Part shown: piece after piece, positions 38,076 to 46,592 of the stretch
How the letters are laid out: every line of letters begins with the position of its first letter
Position numbering within the stretch: position 1 is the first letter of the stretch
Source: an uncultured Clostridia bacterium
Lineage (GTDB): Bacteria > Bacillota > Clostridia > Oscillospirales > Acutalibacteraceae
DNA: 64,000 bases
Direction of reading: 5' to 3'
Assembly (NCBI GenBank): GCA_947598155.1
Contig: CANQFC010000005.1
Span: 81,115-145,114, forward strand
Translations under genes and position numbers: made by a program
Notes under the pieces: model-generated
Database searches by the model: none
What the model was told of the DNA's origin: nothing
What the model saw: the letters and a program-made list of their open reading frames with translations, nothing else

Positions 38076-38816
38076 ATGAAAGTTTACGCATTACTCACCG
38101 GTCGTGGCAATAACACACTAAAGGATAAAAATATCCTCGATTGCCTTGGACATCCGGTTCTGTATTATCCCGCAAACGCCGCTTTAAACGCGAAGACGGT
38201 GGAAAAGCTGTTCTGTTCGAGCGACGACGATAAAATTCTCGCCGAGGCGCAAAAGCTCGGTCACACTCCAATCAAACGCCCGGCAGAGCTTGCAAAGCCT
38301 TCGAGCCAGCATGTGGATTGCATTTTGCATGCTCTCGGCGAAATTGAAAAGAATTGTGAATTACCCGATATTTTAGTTGTTACGCTTGCAAACAATGTAA
38401 CCGTAAAATCCGAATGGATTGACGATTGTGTAAAAATGATGGAGAATAACCCCGAGCTCACAGCCGTTGTTCCCGTGTATGAGGATAACGACCATCATCC
38501 GTTGAGGGCAAAAACCGTTGATGAAAACGGATTGCTTCAAATGTATGAAAAGGGCATAACGGGCAAGGTTTCAACCAACCGTCAGGATTTGCCGAAATGC
38601 TATTTCCTTTCCCATAATTTTTGGGCTTTAAGGGTTGAAAACCTGTTAAATAACGCTTCCGACGGCCAGCAGCCGTGGGCGTTTATGGGCAATAATATAG
38701 GATATTATGAGATTGACGAGTCGATAGATATACACAAAGAGGTTGACCTTTTGCTTGCAAAAGAGTGGATAAAGACGAATATGCCCGCAAATTCTGCGGG
38801 GGGGGGGCAGTTATAG
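38076..38816 (+). CDS. CMP-sugar synthetase-like cytidylyltransferase (NeuA/CTP_transf_3 family); C-terminal tail crosses a G10 tract
   Basis: YALLTGRGNNTLKDKN...IKRPAELA pattern. The last 7 codons include and follow the G-tract. Confidence 0.7.
   Translation: MKVYALLTGRGNNTLKDKNILDCLGHPVLYYPANAALNAKTVEKLFCSSDDDKILAEAQKLGHTPIKRPAELAKPSSQHVDCILHALGEIEKNCELPDILVVTLANNVTVKSEWIDDCVKMMENNPELTAVVPVYEDNDHHPLRAKTVDENGLLQMYEKGITGKVSTNRQDLPKCYFLSHNFWALRVENLLNNASDGQQPWAFMGNNIGYYEIDESIDIHKEVDLLLAKEWIKTNMPANSAGGGQL
38798..38807. repeat. G10 homopolymer tract
   Basis: Counted directly; lies 6 nt before the stop of 38076..38816. Confidence 0.95.
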
Positions 38817-38855
38817 GCTGACCCTTACCGCTGTTCTCCGAAAGGAGGCGGCGTG

Positions 38856-39521
38856 ATGAGTATTGCTTGCTTTATACCCATAAAAGCCAATTCCGAGCGC
38901 GTACCGGGCAAGAATTTCCGTGTACTTAACGGTAAAAAACTTTATGAATATATAATTGAGCATTCCGTTGACGCCGGCGCTTTTGACGATATTATTATCG
39001 ACACGAACAGCGGCGAAATTAAGACGTTTGCCGAAAAACTCGGCTGTAAAGTCATTGAGCGTCGGGAAGAGCTTGCCAGAAATACGGCAAACGGAAATGA
39101 CCTTTTAAACTATCATTTTGAAAAATTCCCAGAATATGACTATTATTTTCAGCTTTTTGCGACTGCGCCGTATCTTCAGCCTTCATCAATAAAAGCGTGC
39201 GCTTATAAACTGACAAACAGTACCGAGTATGACTCGTGTTTTACGGCAATAAAGCATCAGGGATTTTTTTGGCTTAATAATACCAGTATAAATTACCGTC
39301 CTTGTATTCTGCCGCGCAGTCAGGATATGCTGCCGGTGGTTGAAGAAACGACAGGACTGTATGGAATCACTCGGCAGGCGCTTGAAAAATATCACTGCCG
39401 AATAGGCGCGAAACCCTATATTCACTTCGTAAGTAAATTTGAAGCGGTGGACATTAACACTGAGGAGGATTTGAAAATAGCGGAGCAAGTCGGAAGAGAG
39501 TACTGGAAATATACGCGGTGA
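38856..39521 (+). CDS. second CMP-sugar synthetase-like cytidylyltransferase (CTP_transf_3 family)
   Basis: ACFIPIKANSERVPGKN...IERREELA pattern. AGGAGG lies 7 nt upstream of the ATG. Confidence 0.7.
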   Translation: MSIACFIPIKANSERVPGKNFRVLNGKKLYEYIIEHSVDAGAFDDIIIDTNSGEIKTFAEKLGCKVIERREELARNTANGNDLLNYHFEKFPEYDYYFQLFATAPYLQPSSIKACAYKLTNSTEYDSCFTAIKHQGFFWLNNTSINYRPCILPRSQDMLPVVEETTGLYGITRQALEKYHCRIGAKPYIHFVSKFEAVDINTEEDLKIAEQVGREYWKYTR

Positions 39522-39590
39522 AAGAGATTTTGATTAACTGACTAAAGGAAAAATACGTCGAAAGACTCAGAAAAGTTAAAAAAATTGCGA

Positions 39591-39718
39591 ATTAAATAAC
39601 GCTTCCGATGGCCAGCAGCCGTGGGCGTTTATGGGCAATAATATAGGATATTATGAGATTGACGAGTCGATAGATATACACAAAGAGGTTGACCTTTTGC
39701 TTGCAAAAGAGTGGATAA
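39591..39718 (+). repeat. 127-bp duplicate of the 3' end of 38076..38816 (copy of 38646..38772)
   Basis: One mismatch seen by eye. After the repeat this copy continues ...EWIKSNLP-stop, instead of the G-tract tail. Confidence 0.9.
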
Positions 39719-39772
39719 AAAGCAATCTCCCGTAAACTGACAGGGGATTCGCACCTAAAAGAGGTTTTTTAA

Positions 39773-41200
39773 TTGAGAGAATTGAGCAAAAAAATAAAAA
39801 GTATTCCCCGCGGAGTAAAAGCGTCTGTGGCATATTTTACCGCAAGCGTTATCTCTGCGGGAATACAATATATCACCACGCCTTTATATACAAGGTTGCT
39901 GACGCCCGATGAATACGGTATGGTCTCGGTGTTTTTGACATGGCTGCAAATTTTCAACATTTTGGCAACCTTTAATCTGGGCGCGGGCGTTTTTAACAAC
40001 GGTATGGTGGATTATCCCGATAAGCGCGACGAATATTCGCTGTCGATGCTTATGCTGTCCAATATCATTACCGTTTGCTTTTTCTTAATTGTATTAAGCC
40101 TGTATCCTTTTATTAAAGTCTGGTTAGGTGTCGATTTACCGCTTATTGTGCTTATGGCTGTAATTCTGCTGTTCAAACCGGCATATATCTTTTGGGCGGC
40201 AAAGCAGCGATATGAATTAAAATACGAATCGACCTTTATTTGGTCGGTAATTACTGCGTTTGTGTCTCCCGCCGTTGCGCTTGTTTGCATTGTAATCTTT
40301 AAAAACAACAGGCTGTACGCCCGTATTTTCGGCGCGGAGCTTGCTCTTGTGGCGGTTTATGTAATCTTCTATGTTTACCTTATAGTAAAAGGAAATTGTA
40401 AGGTTAAAGCAAAGTATTGGAAGGCTGCGTTGCTTTTCAACTTGCCGCTTATTCCTCATTATCTTTCGATGTATCTTTTGGGCAGCTCCGACAAGATAAT
40501 GATTTCTAAGTTAGTCAGCGATTCCGCAACTGCATATTACAGCGTAGCTTATACGGTTTCGTCTGTGGCAGTTATTATCTGGAACGCCGCAAACGGTTCT
40601 CTTATACCTTATACCTATGAAAAATGCAGTAAAAAGGATTATAAATCCATTTCGTCGGTAGTCGTTTTGCTGTTAATGGTTTTTGCCGCAGCGTGTATAG
40701 GCGTTACAATGCTTGCACCGGAGGTAGTGGCGATTTTGGCGACTCCGAATTATATGGAAGCTATTTATGCAATTCCGCCTATTGTGTGCGGCGTGTTCTT
40801 CCAGGTGCATTATTCCGTTTACGCAAATATACTTTTCTACTATAAAAAACCGCAATATGTTACGGTGGCTACAATAATAACTACCGTGCTTAACATAGTG
40901 CTTAATTATATCTTTATAAAGAAATTCGGCTATATCGCCGCAGGCTATACAACCCTTGTCTGCTATCTTGTTCAGGCTATACTTGATTACGCCATAATGC
41001 GCAAGACTGTCGGCGACAGGGTCTACAATATGAGGCAGATAGGGCTTTTGTCCGCCGGGGTTATTGTTGTTTCCCTGTTAAGTAATTTTATATATAATTA
41101 TATAGTTATAAGATATGCGATTATTGTTGTACTTTTGGCTTTGTGCATATTGTTTAGGAAAAGAATTATCGGTATGTTAAAGCAAATGAAGAGCAAATAA
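39773..41200 (+). CDS. wzx: Wzx-type polysaccharide flippase (MOP superfamily)
   Basis: About 12-14 hydrophobic segments, with an N-terminus typical of the polysaccharide biosynthesis protein family. TTG start. Confidence 0.7.
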   Translation: MRELSKKIKSIPRGVKASVAYFTASVISAGIQYITTPLYTRLLTPDEYGMVSVFLTWLQIFNILATFNLGAGVFNNGMVDYPDKRDEYSLSMLMLSNIITVCFFLIVLSLYPFIKVWLGVDLPLIVLMAVILLFKPAYIFWAAKQRYELKYESTFIWSVITAFVSPAVALVCIVIFKNNRLYARIFGAELALVAVYVIFYVYLIVKGNCKVKAKYWKAALLFNLPLIPHYLSMYLLGSSDKIMISKLVSDSATAYYSVAYTVSSVAVIIWNAANGSLIPYTYEKCSKKDYKSISSVVVLLLMVFAAACIGVTMLAPEVVAILATPNYMEAIYAIPPIVCGVFFQVHYSVYANILFYYKKPQYVTVATIITTVLNIVLNYIFIKKFGYIAAGYTTLVCYLVQAILDYAIMRKTVGDRVYNMRQIGLLSAGVIVVSLLSNFIYNYIVIRYAIIVVLLALCILFRKRIIGMLKQMKSK

Positions 41201-41250
41201 TATTAAAGCGGCGGATTTTAAATTTGTTTTACGGAAAACGGGAGAAAGAA

Positions 41251-42435
41251 ATGGAGCAGGTTTTATCCGAAATATGGAATATTACACAGCCTATACTTCG
41301 CGCGGCGGTATGCGGCGATGCAATTTCGGATGAGTGCAGGGAAAAATTATCGCCGCAGACGCTTAAAGCGGTATATAAATTTACAAAGAAGTACAATATA
41401 GCGCAAATTGCAGCATTTGCGTTGCTTAATGACGAGCGTATAGAAATCGACGGCGAGGTTGAAGCTGCTTTCAAAAAATCGCTGTTTTTGGCGGCGACGC
41501 TTTGCGAACAAATGGATTATGAGTATAATCGCATCGGAAAGGCATTTGATGAAGAGCAAATACCTTATATCCCGCTTAAAGGCACGGTTTTGCGTAAATA
41601 TTACAGAGAATCGTGGATGAGGACGAGCAGCGATACGGATATACTTGTAAAGGCGGAGGATATTGGACGGGCGAAGAAAACGCTTACCGAAAAGCTTAAA
41701 TATACGCTGACGGGCGGAACGGCGCACGATATTTCGTTGAGCTCACCGGGCAATATTCATACGGAAATTCATTATGAGCTTATTGAGGCGAACAGGGCGG
41801 CAAAATCGTCAAAAATCTTATTAAATGTATGGGAAAGCTCAGCGCCGCTGGGAAATACGTATTGCTATGCTATGTCGGATGAAATGTTCTATTTTTACCA
41901 TATAGCGCATATGGCAAAGCACTTTGAAAACGGCGGCTGTGGGATACGGCCGTTTATAGACTTGTGGATTTTAAACCATAGGATAGATTTTGAGCGTGAA
42001 AAGCGTGAAAAAATACTTAACGAGGGCGGTTTGCTGAAATTTGCCAAAGCCTGTGAGGAACTTTCTGAGGTATGGTTCGGTTCGGCGAAGGCAAATGAAA
42101 TTACGCAAGCCTTGGAAAGATATTTGTTAAACGGCGGAATGTACGGAACAGTAGAAAATATGGTAGCCGTGCAGAAAAATCAGGACGGCGGGAGGATGCA
42201 ATATATATTTCACCGTTTGTTTTTGCCGTTTGCGCAGCTTAAAAATATATATCCTGTGTTAAAAAAACACAAATGGCTTATGCCTTTAATGCAAGTACGG
42301 CGCTGGATTAAAATGATAACAAGCGGAAGAATGAACCGAACGGTGTGGGAACTTCGCAGTCTTAACGAGAACGAGAATGAAAATTCCGAAATGAACGAGC
42401 TACTTGAAAAACTCGGATTAAATAATAAAAAATAA
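41251..42435 (+). CDS. uncharacterised nucleotidyltransferase-family protein (NTP_transf_5-like)
   Basis: The pattern IPYIPLKG...SSDTDILV...HDISL...EIHYEL recalls that family. Start set at the ATG after GGGAGA. Confidence 0.5.
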   Translation: MEQVLSEIWNITQPILRAAVCGDAISDECREKLSPQTLKAVYKFTKKYNIAQIAAFALLNDERIEIDGEVEAAFKKSLFLAATLCEQMDYEYNRIGKAFDEEQIPYIPLKGTVLRKYYRESWMRTSSDTDILVKAEDIGRAKKTLTEKLKYTLTGGTAHDISLSSPGNIHTEIHYELIEANRAAKSSKILLNVWESSAPLGNTYCYAMSDEMFYFYHIAHMAKHFENGGCGIRPFIDLWILNHRIDFEREKREKILNEGGLLKFAKACEELSEVWFGSAKANEITQALERYLLNGGMYGTVENMVAVQKNQDGGRMQYIFHRLFLPFAQLKNIYPVLKKHKWLMPLMQVRRWIKMITSGRMNRTVWELRSLNENENENSEMNELLEKLGLNNKK

Positions 42436-42599
42436 TATTTTTAAAGCTTAGCTAATACTTTTAAATGACAACATCAAAAGTTTTCGCCCGCCTCTTGTAA
42501 AAGGTGGTGGGGTCGAGGGGCAGAGCCCTGCGGTGCAGTCCGCAGATTGCAAAATCCACGTACTTTCAAAACCGCAGGAAATTGTAAAATCGTTCCTGA

Positions 42600-42848
42600 T
42601 TACTTCTGTGGCTGCTGTTCTTCCAACAAGCATATATAAACCGTTCCCAGTCTGATTTTTGGATTATTATGGGAAAACATCTCACTTTCTGTGCAGTTAT
42701 ATCGTTTCTTCCATCTCATAAGGGATGCTTTTGATATATGATACCTACGGCATACAAAATCTATATCTTTTATTTTTATTGATTTTTGAATTCTATTAGT
42801 ATATAATAATTTTGTATTTAGCTTCGAACAAATGATTATATTCTCCAT
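42600..42848 (-). mobile_element. IS transposase N-terminal (HTH) remnant
   Basis: 82-aa ORF with RYHISKASLMRWKKRY, a helix-turn-helix typical of IS3-like OrfA. No catalytic domain follows. Confidence 0.5.
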
Positions 42849-43066
42849 AAAAGATGAGTATGATAAGGAAAGGCACCAAACCTTGCTTGCTGTTTACAAT
42901 GTGCTTCAGAAAAAGGGTTACAATCTAATAAGATAGATAGTCAGTTATATTCTTTCGGAAGACCATACTTATATCACTACTCACAATAATTCTCGTAGTT
43001 TATTTGTCGCTCTGACAGAGATGAGTTTTTGCAAATCCTTGTAAAAGAATATTTTAAAGAAAAACC
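42849..43066 (+). pseudogene. IreB/UPF0297-like gene remnant with an in-frame stop and a frameshift
   Basis: Translation ...LLAVYNVLQKKGYNLIR-stop-IVSYILSEDHTYITTHNNSRSL...; after a frameshift it reads DEFLQILVKEYFKEKPEG. The N-terminus is missing at the IS remnant boundary. Confidence 0.5.
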
Positions 43067-43087
43067 GGAAGGATAAAAGGTGCAGAA

Positions 43088-44167
43088 ATGGCTAAAGTTA
43101 CACGAAATTCAAATATTGAACTTCTGCGTATACTGTCAATGTTTGCAATAATTGCATTCCATTTTTCACGACAAAGCGGAACGGTTGAATACACGCTTTG
43201 TGTGAATGATTTTTTGCTTTCCCTTATAGGCAACGGAGGAAGTATAGCGGTAAATGTTTTCTTACTTATCGGCGTATGGTATATGGTAGACTCAAAATTC
43301 AGCGCCGCAAGAAATCTTAAAATGTACTTCCAACTCTATTTTTATTCATCGTTACTTACCATTGTGGCGCTTATTATTGACTATAAAGCTGTTTCGTTAA
43401 AATATTTGATTTACGGTTTTGTACCGTTCATAGGAAGAGCGCTTTGGTTTGCATCTTCATATTTGTGGTTACTGACTTTTAAGCCGTTTTTGGATTTAAT
43501 TCTTCAATGGGAAAAGAAAAAACTTACGGTATTTACGACCCTTTTCTTTATTCTTATGTCGTTGTTCAGTACAATTCTGACAACTCAAGACGGCTCTGTG
43601 GTTGACACGGTTTGGTTTGGTTTAATTTATCTTGTCATAGGAACAATCAAAAAATATCCTCCTAAATTAAATAAATTAAAATGGAAGGGCATATACAGCT
43701 TAATTTTATTTGCAGTCGGATACACCGCTTTAGCAGCGATTCGCTTCTTTGTTACGGTAAATAAGGGCGATAACATAATATTTAAAGCGCTTGGAAGGGC
43801 GACCCATACATATATTCTCGACATAAAGTCTTTTCCGAATATTCTTCTTGCAGGGCTTATTTTCCACTTTTTTATCACTATGAAGCCGCATGCAAGCAAG
43901 CTCATAAACAGCGTGTCAAAAAGCACATTTTCGGTTTACATAATTCATCAGGTTCCCGCATTCTTTCCGATTATGTGGCCGACTTTCTTTAACACAACGG
44001 CATGGCTTCCGGCGCACAATGTTTTATATGTGATATTTGTGGTGTTTGCAGTATTTACGGTTTGCAGCATAATAGATATTCCGAGAAGGAAGTGGCTTGA
44101 ACCGGCGTTTTCTAAAACGAAATTTTTCAAATTTTTAACGGCTAAAATTGAAAAAGTATACAACTGA
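43088..44167 (+). CDS. acyltransferase family 3 membrane protein (OafA-like O-acyltransferase)
   Basis: N-terminus RNSNIELLRILSMFAIIAFHF and about 10 hydrophobic segments. Confidence 0.8.
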   Translation: MAKVTRNSNIELLRILSMFAIIAFHFSRQSGTVEYTLCVNDFLLSLIGNGGSIAVNVFLLIGVWYMVDSKFSAARNLKMYFQLYFYSSLLTIVALIIDYKAVSLKYLIYGFVPFIGRALWFASSYLWLLTFKPFLDLILQWEKKKLTVFTTLFFILMSLFSTILTTQDGSVVDTVWFGLIYLVIGTIKKYPPKLNKLKWKGIYSLILFAVGYTALAAIRFFVTVNKGDNIIFKALGRATHTYILDIKSFPNILLAGLIFHFFITMKPHASKLINSVSKSTFSVYIIHQVPAFFPIMWPTFFNTTAWLPAHNVLYVIFVVFAVFTVCSIIDIPRRKWLEPAFSKTKFFKFLTAKIEKVYN

Positions 44168-44198
44168 ATCACCGTCTTACATTTGGCTAAGAAAAGCG

Positions 44199-44275
44199 AG
44201 CGCGCGCCTTGCCGCGCCCTTGACGGGCAAGCCTTTTATTGAATGACGGGGTTAGACCTTATTGAACTGCAAAAA
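44199..44275 (+). repeat. partial copy (3' end, terminal part doubled) of the dispersed repeat
   Basis: GCGCGCCTTGCCGCGCCCTTGACGGGCAAGCCTTTTATTGAA followed by TGACGGGGTTAGACCTTATTGAA. Confidence 0.65.
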
Positions 44276-44374
44276 ATAAAACGCTGATTTTGATAAAATT
44301 TATCAAAATCGGCGTTATTTTTGCCATAGCGTTCAGTTGAGTAAGCTCATTTCAAATATATTATTTGTAAAAAT

Positions 44375-44605
44375 TCAACAGTGATTCAAATAGTAGTCTT
44401 CAAGAACAGAATCAAGGTGCTCGAAACTCACATCGTTTATATTAAGCGATAAGACAAGCTTTTCAAGCGCTGTAAAATCAGTTGAAACGTCGAAAATCCT
44501 TTTGACTTCATTGCCGCTGTCATTTTTAACAACAATGCCCGCAGAAATGAATCCGTCATATTCGCCGTTACCTCTGACCTTGTGATAAAAAATTCTGTAT
44601 TTCAT
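44375..44605 (-). CDS. hypothetical small protein (76 aa)
   Basis: ORF with GAGGTCAGAC upstream of the ATG. No motif recognised with confidence. Confidence 0.45.
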   Translation of the reverse strand: MKYRIFYHKVRGNGEYDGFISAGIVVKNDSGNEVKRIFDVSTDFTALEKLVLSLNINDVSFEHLDSVLEDYYLNHC

Positions 44606-44640
44606 AGTCTGACCTCGATTAAGCGCCTATTTTAATATAA

Positions 44641-45060
44641 CGCAGGCAAGATGTCCCCGCCGCTATTGTCGGCGGGTTCCATTTTCGGAATCAGCCGGGG
44701 ATTTGGTTTTCGCTGATTCCTCAGCGCGGTTTACACCGCGCCTTGCCGCGTTTAATGACGGGACAAGCCTCTTATTGAACGCAGGCAAGATGTCCCCCGC
44801 CTCTATTGTCGGCGGGTTCCATTTTCGGAATCAGTGGGGGGATTTGGTTTTCGCTGATTCCTCAGCGCGGTTTACACCGCGCCTTGCCGCGTTTAATGAC
44901 GAGACAAGCCCCTTATTGAACGCAGGCAAGATGTCCCCGCCTATATTGTCGGCGGGTTCCATTTTCGGAATCAGCCGGAGATTTGGTCTCCACTGATTCC
45001 TCAGCGCGGTTTACACTGAGCCTTGCCACGCAATTCAACGGGGCAAAGCCCCTTATTGAA
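44641..45060 (+). repeat. three tandem copies (~140 bp each) of the structured intergenic repeat
   Basis: Units at 44641..44779, 44780..44920 and 44921..45060. Each contains hairpins CCCGCC/GGCGGG, GGAATCAG/CTGATTCC, GCGCGG/CCGCGC and CTTGCC/GGCAAG-like. Confidence 0.9.
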
Positions 45061-45197
45061 AACTGCATTGCGATAAGTTTTTGTAAAGGTTATACAATCA
45101 ACATCTAAATGCCAGTGACAATTTGTCACAAATTTATATAAAAACACTTATATACACCGTTTAAAAGTTTTGCCTTAAATATATAAATAATTTAATA

Positions 45198-45788
45198 TTA
45201 CGCTTGTCGTTTTTCGGTTTCCTTTTTGAATTTACCGGCTATAAGCAACAGGCTTTCGAGAATTAAACTCACAGCGCAGGGCGCAGTTAAAAATCTTAAG
45301 CCGAGGAAGTACGAAACGGTGCTGAGGGCAATTATCACAAACAAAATTATTAAAGAGATTTTGCGGAAATACTTAAATTCAATGTCCGTCAGCGGTTTTT
45401 CGGGTGTATCAAGAGGGCAAAAGAGAAAAATCGGTATTGACGCCGCTAAACCCGTAAAAAACAGGACAGACTGTAAATCGTAAGATTTTGACAGCCAGAT
45501 TACAACAATGCAAGCCAATATTGAAAGTGTTGACATTATATCGCATTTTGTTTCGGTTGAGGCGTGATAACCGCCGGCATATATTCTAATAGACTGAAAT
45601 GCAATATAAAAGATAATGCTTTCAAGGGTACTGCTTAGTATCAAGCCGAATATACAGGCAATAATAAAAAACATAATCCGCGACAACAACATAAACAGGC
45701 CGTAGACATACAGCTCTCTGTCGTTTTCGCTTATTGTACCGCTTGAAAGCATCTTCCCGACAAAATATTGAGATAATTTATTGATCAT
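45198..45788 (-). CDS. agrB: AgrB-family autoinducer-processing membrane peptidase
   Basis: Multi-pass membrane protein with IRIYAGGYHASTETKC. The His and Cys are 7 residues apart, as in the catalytic pair of characterised AgrB. Confidence 0.85.
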   Translation of the reverse strand: MINKLSQYFVGKMLSSGTISENDRELYVYGLFMLLSRIMFFIIACIFGLILSSTLESIIFYIAFQSIRIYAGGYHASTETKCDIMSTLSILACIVVIWLSKSYDLQSVLFFTGLAASIPIFLFCPLDTPEKPLTDIEFKYFRKISLIILFVIIALSTVSYFLGLRFLTAPCAVSLILESLLLIAGKFKKETEKRQA

Positions 45789-45943
45789 TATTTTATCTTA
45801 CTGAATTTCTTTAACGCTTTGGGCGCCTTAGGCTGATATATAGCAAAGCAGGTTGTTGAATTGGCGTCTCTTTTTAAAGAAAGTTCAGCAGTTTTTTTGA
45901 CAATTTTTGTAGCTTTATTTATTATTACGCTCATTTTTTTCAT
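45788..45943 (-). CDS. agrD: AgrD-type autoinducing peptide precursor (51 aa: MKKMSVIINKATKIVKKTAELSLKRDANSTTCFAIYQPKAPKALKKFSKIK)
   Basis: Hand-translated; not in the ORF track. Amphipathic leader, single Cys, and a five-residue CFAIY followed by QPKAP and a basic tail. Its TAA overlaps the agrB ATG (TAATG). The alternative start at the second ATG (45934) has better RBS spacing. Confidence 0.8.
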   Translation of the reverse strand: MKKMSVIINKATKIVKKTAELSLKRDANSTTCFAIYQPKAPKALKKFSKIK

Positions 45944-46003
45944 CTCCTTTTAATTCGACAATATTATAACAGATTTACTATTTGATGTCTATAAAATCGC
46001 CGA

Positions 46004-46036
46004 AACGCAATAAAATTTGTATTTAACGCAAGAATT
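46004..46036. promoter_or_regulatory. pair of direct repeats with LytTR-site geometry in the agrD / xre intergenic region
   Basis: AACGCAATAAAA at 46004 and AACGCAAGAATT at 46025, exactly 21 bp start-to-start. Confidence 0.4.
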
Positions 46037-46155
46037 AAGCATTATATAAAAAAGTTAAATTTTTTCGGTATTATTACATATTTTATAGATACATTCTACT
46101 AAAATTGTTTGTTAATCGGCGTTTTAAATGGTAGCATAATAAAGAGGTGATAAAT

Positions 46156-46485
46156 ATGAAAATAAGCCCCGATTTGGTCGGAATACGAATAATGCAAAAA
46201 AGAAAGGAAATGGGTTTTTCTCAGGAAAAGCTTGCCGAGTTGATTGACATTTCCAAAAACCATTTGTCAAGTATTGAGTGCGGGCACCACCTGCCTACGG
46301 TAAAGGTTACCCAAAGCTTATGCAACGTTTTGGGCGGCACATTTGATTATTATTATATCGGTGAAATTAAAGACGGTTCAAAATCGGAAATTTTAGAGTT
46401 GTTTGAAAAGCTGTCGCCGACTGAACGCGAGTATGTCCTGTTACTGCTTAATACTTATGTAAACAATAAGTATAAATTTCAGTGA
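46156..46485 (+). CDS. XRE-family helix-turn-helix transcriptional regulator
   Basis: IRIMQKRKEMGFSQEKLAELIDISKNHLSSIECG. AGAGG lies 8 nt upstream of the ATG. Confidence 0.8.
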   Translation: MKISPDLVGIRIMQKRKEMGFSQEKLAELIDISKNHLSSIECGHHLPTVKVTQSLCNVLGGTFDYYYIGEIKDGSKSEILELFEKLSPTEREYVLLLLNTYVNNKYKFQ

Positions 46486-46490
46486 CGGCA

Positions 46491-46545
46491 TTTCAATAAG
46501 CGGTTTGCCCGTCCGCCTATATAGGCGGCGGCATCTCTTGCCTAA
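46491..46545 (-). repeat. miniature copy of the dispersed repeat retaining only both termini and the palindromic core
   Basis: TTTCAATAAGCGGTTTGCCCGTC joined to CGCCTATATAGGCGGCGGCATCTCTTGCCTAAG. Confidence 0.65.
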
Positions 46546-46592
46546 GTTATATTTGATTTCCGATAACCGATTTTGTGTAAGATGTTTGCAGG

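Noticed and set aside
42448-42633. 61-aa minus-strand ORF with the GLCPSTPPPF string
   Set aside because: It lies in a GC-rich non-coding scar adjacent to the IS remnant, with no RBS. It is likely a chance ORF.
44703-44996. 97-aa plus-strand ORF
   Set aside because: It lies entirely within the three tandem 140-bp repeats, and the internally repeated peptide reflects the DNA repeat. There is no RBS.
44641-45060. Possible CRISPR array
   Set aside because: The ~140-bp units are directly contiguous with no unique spacers, are far longer than CRISPR repeats, and are dispersed singly elsewhere. No cas genes are present.
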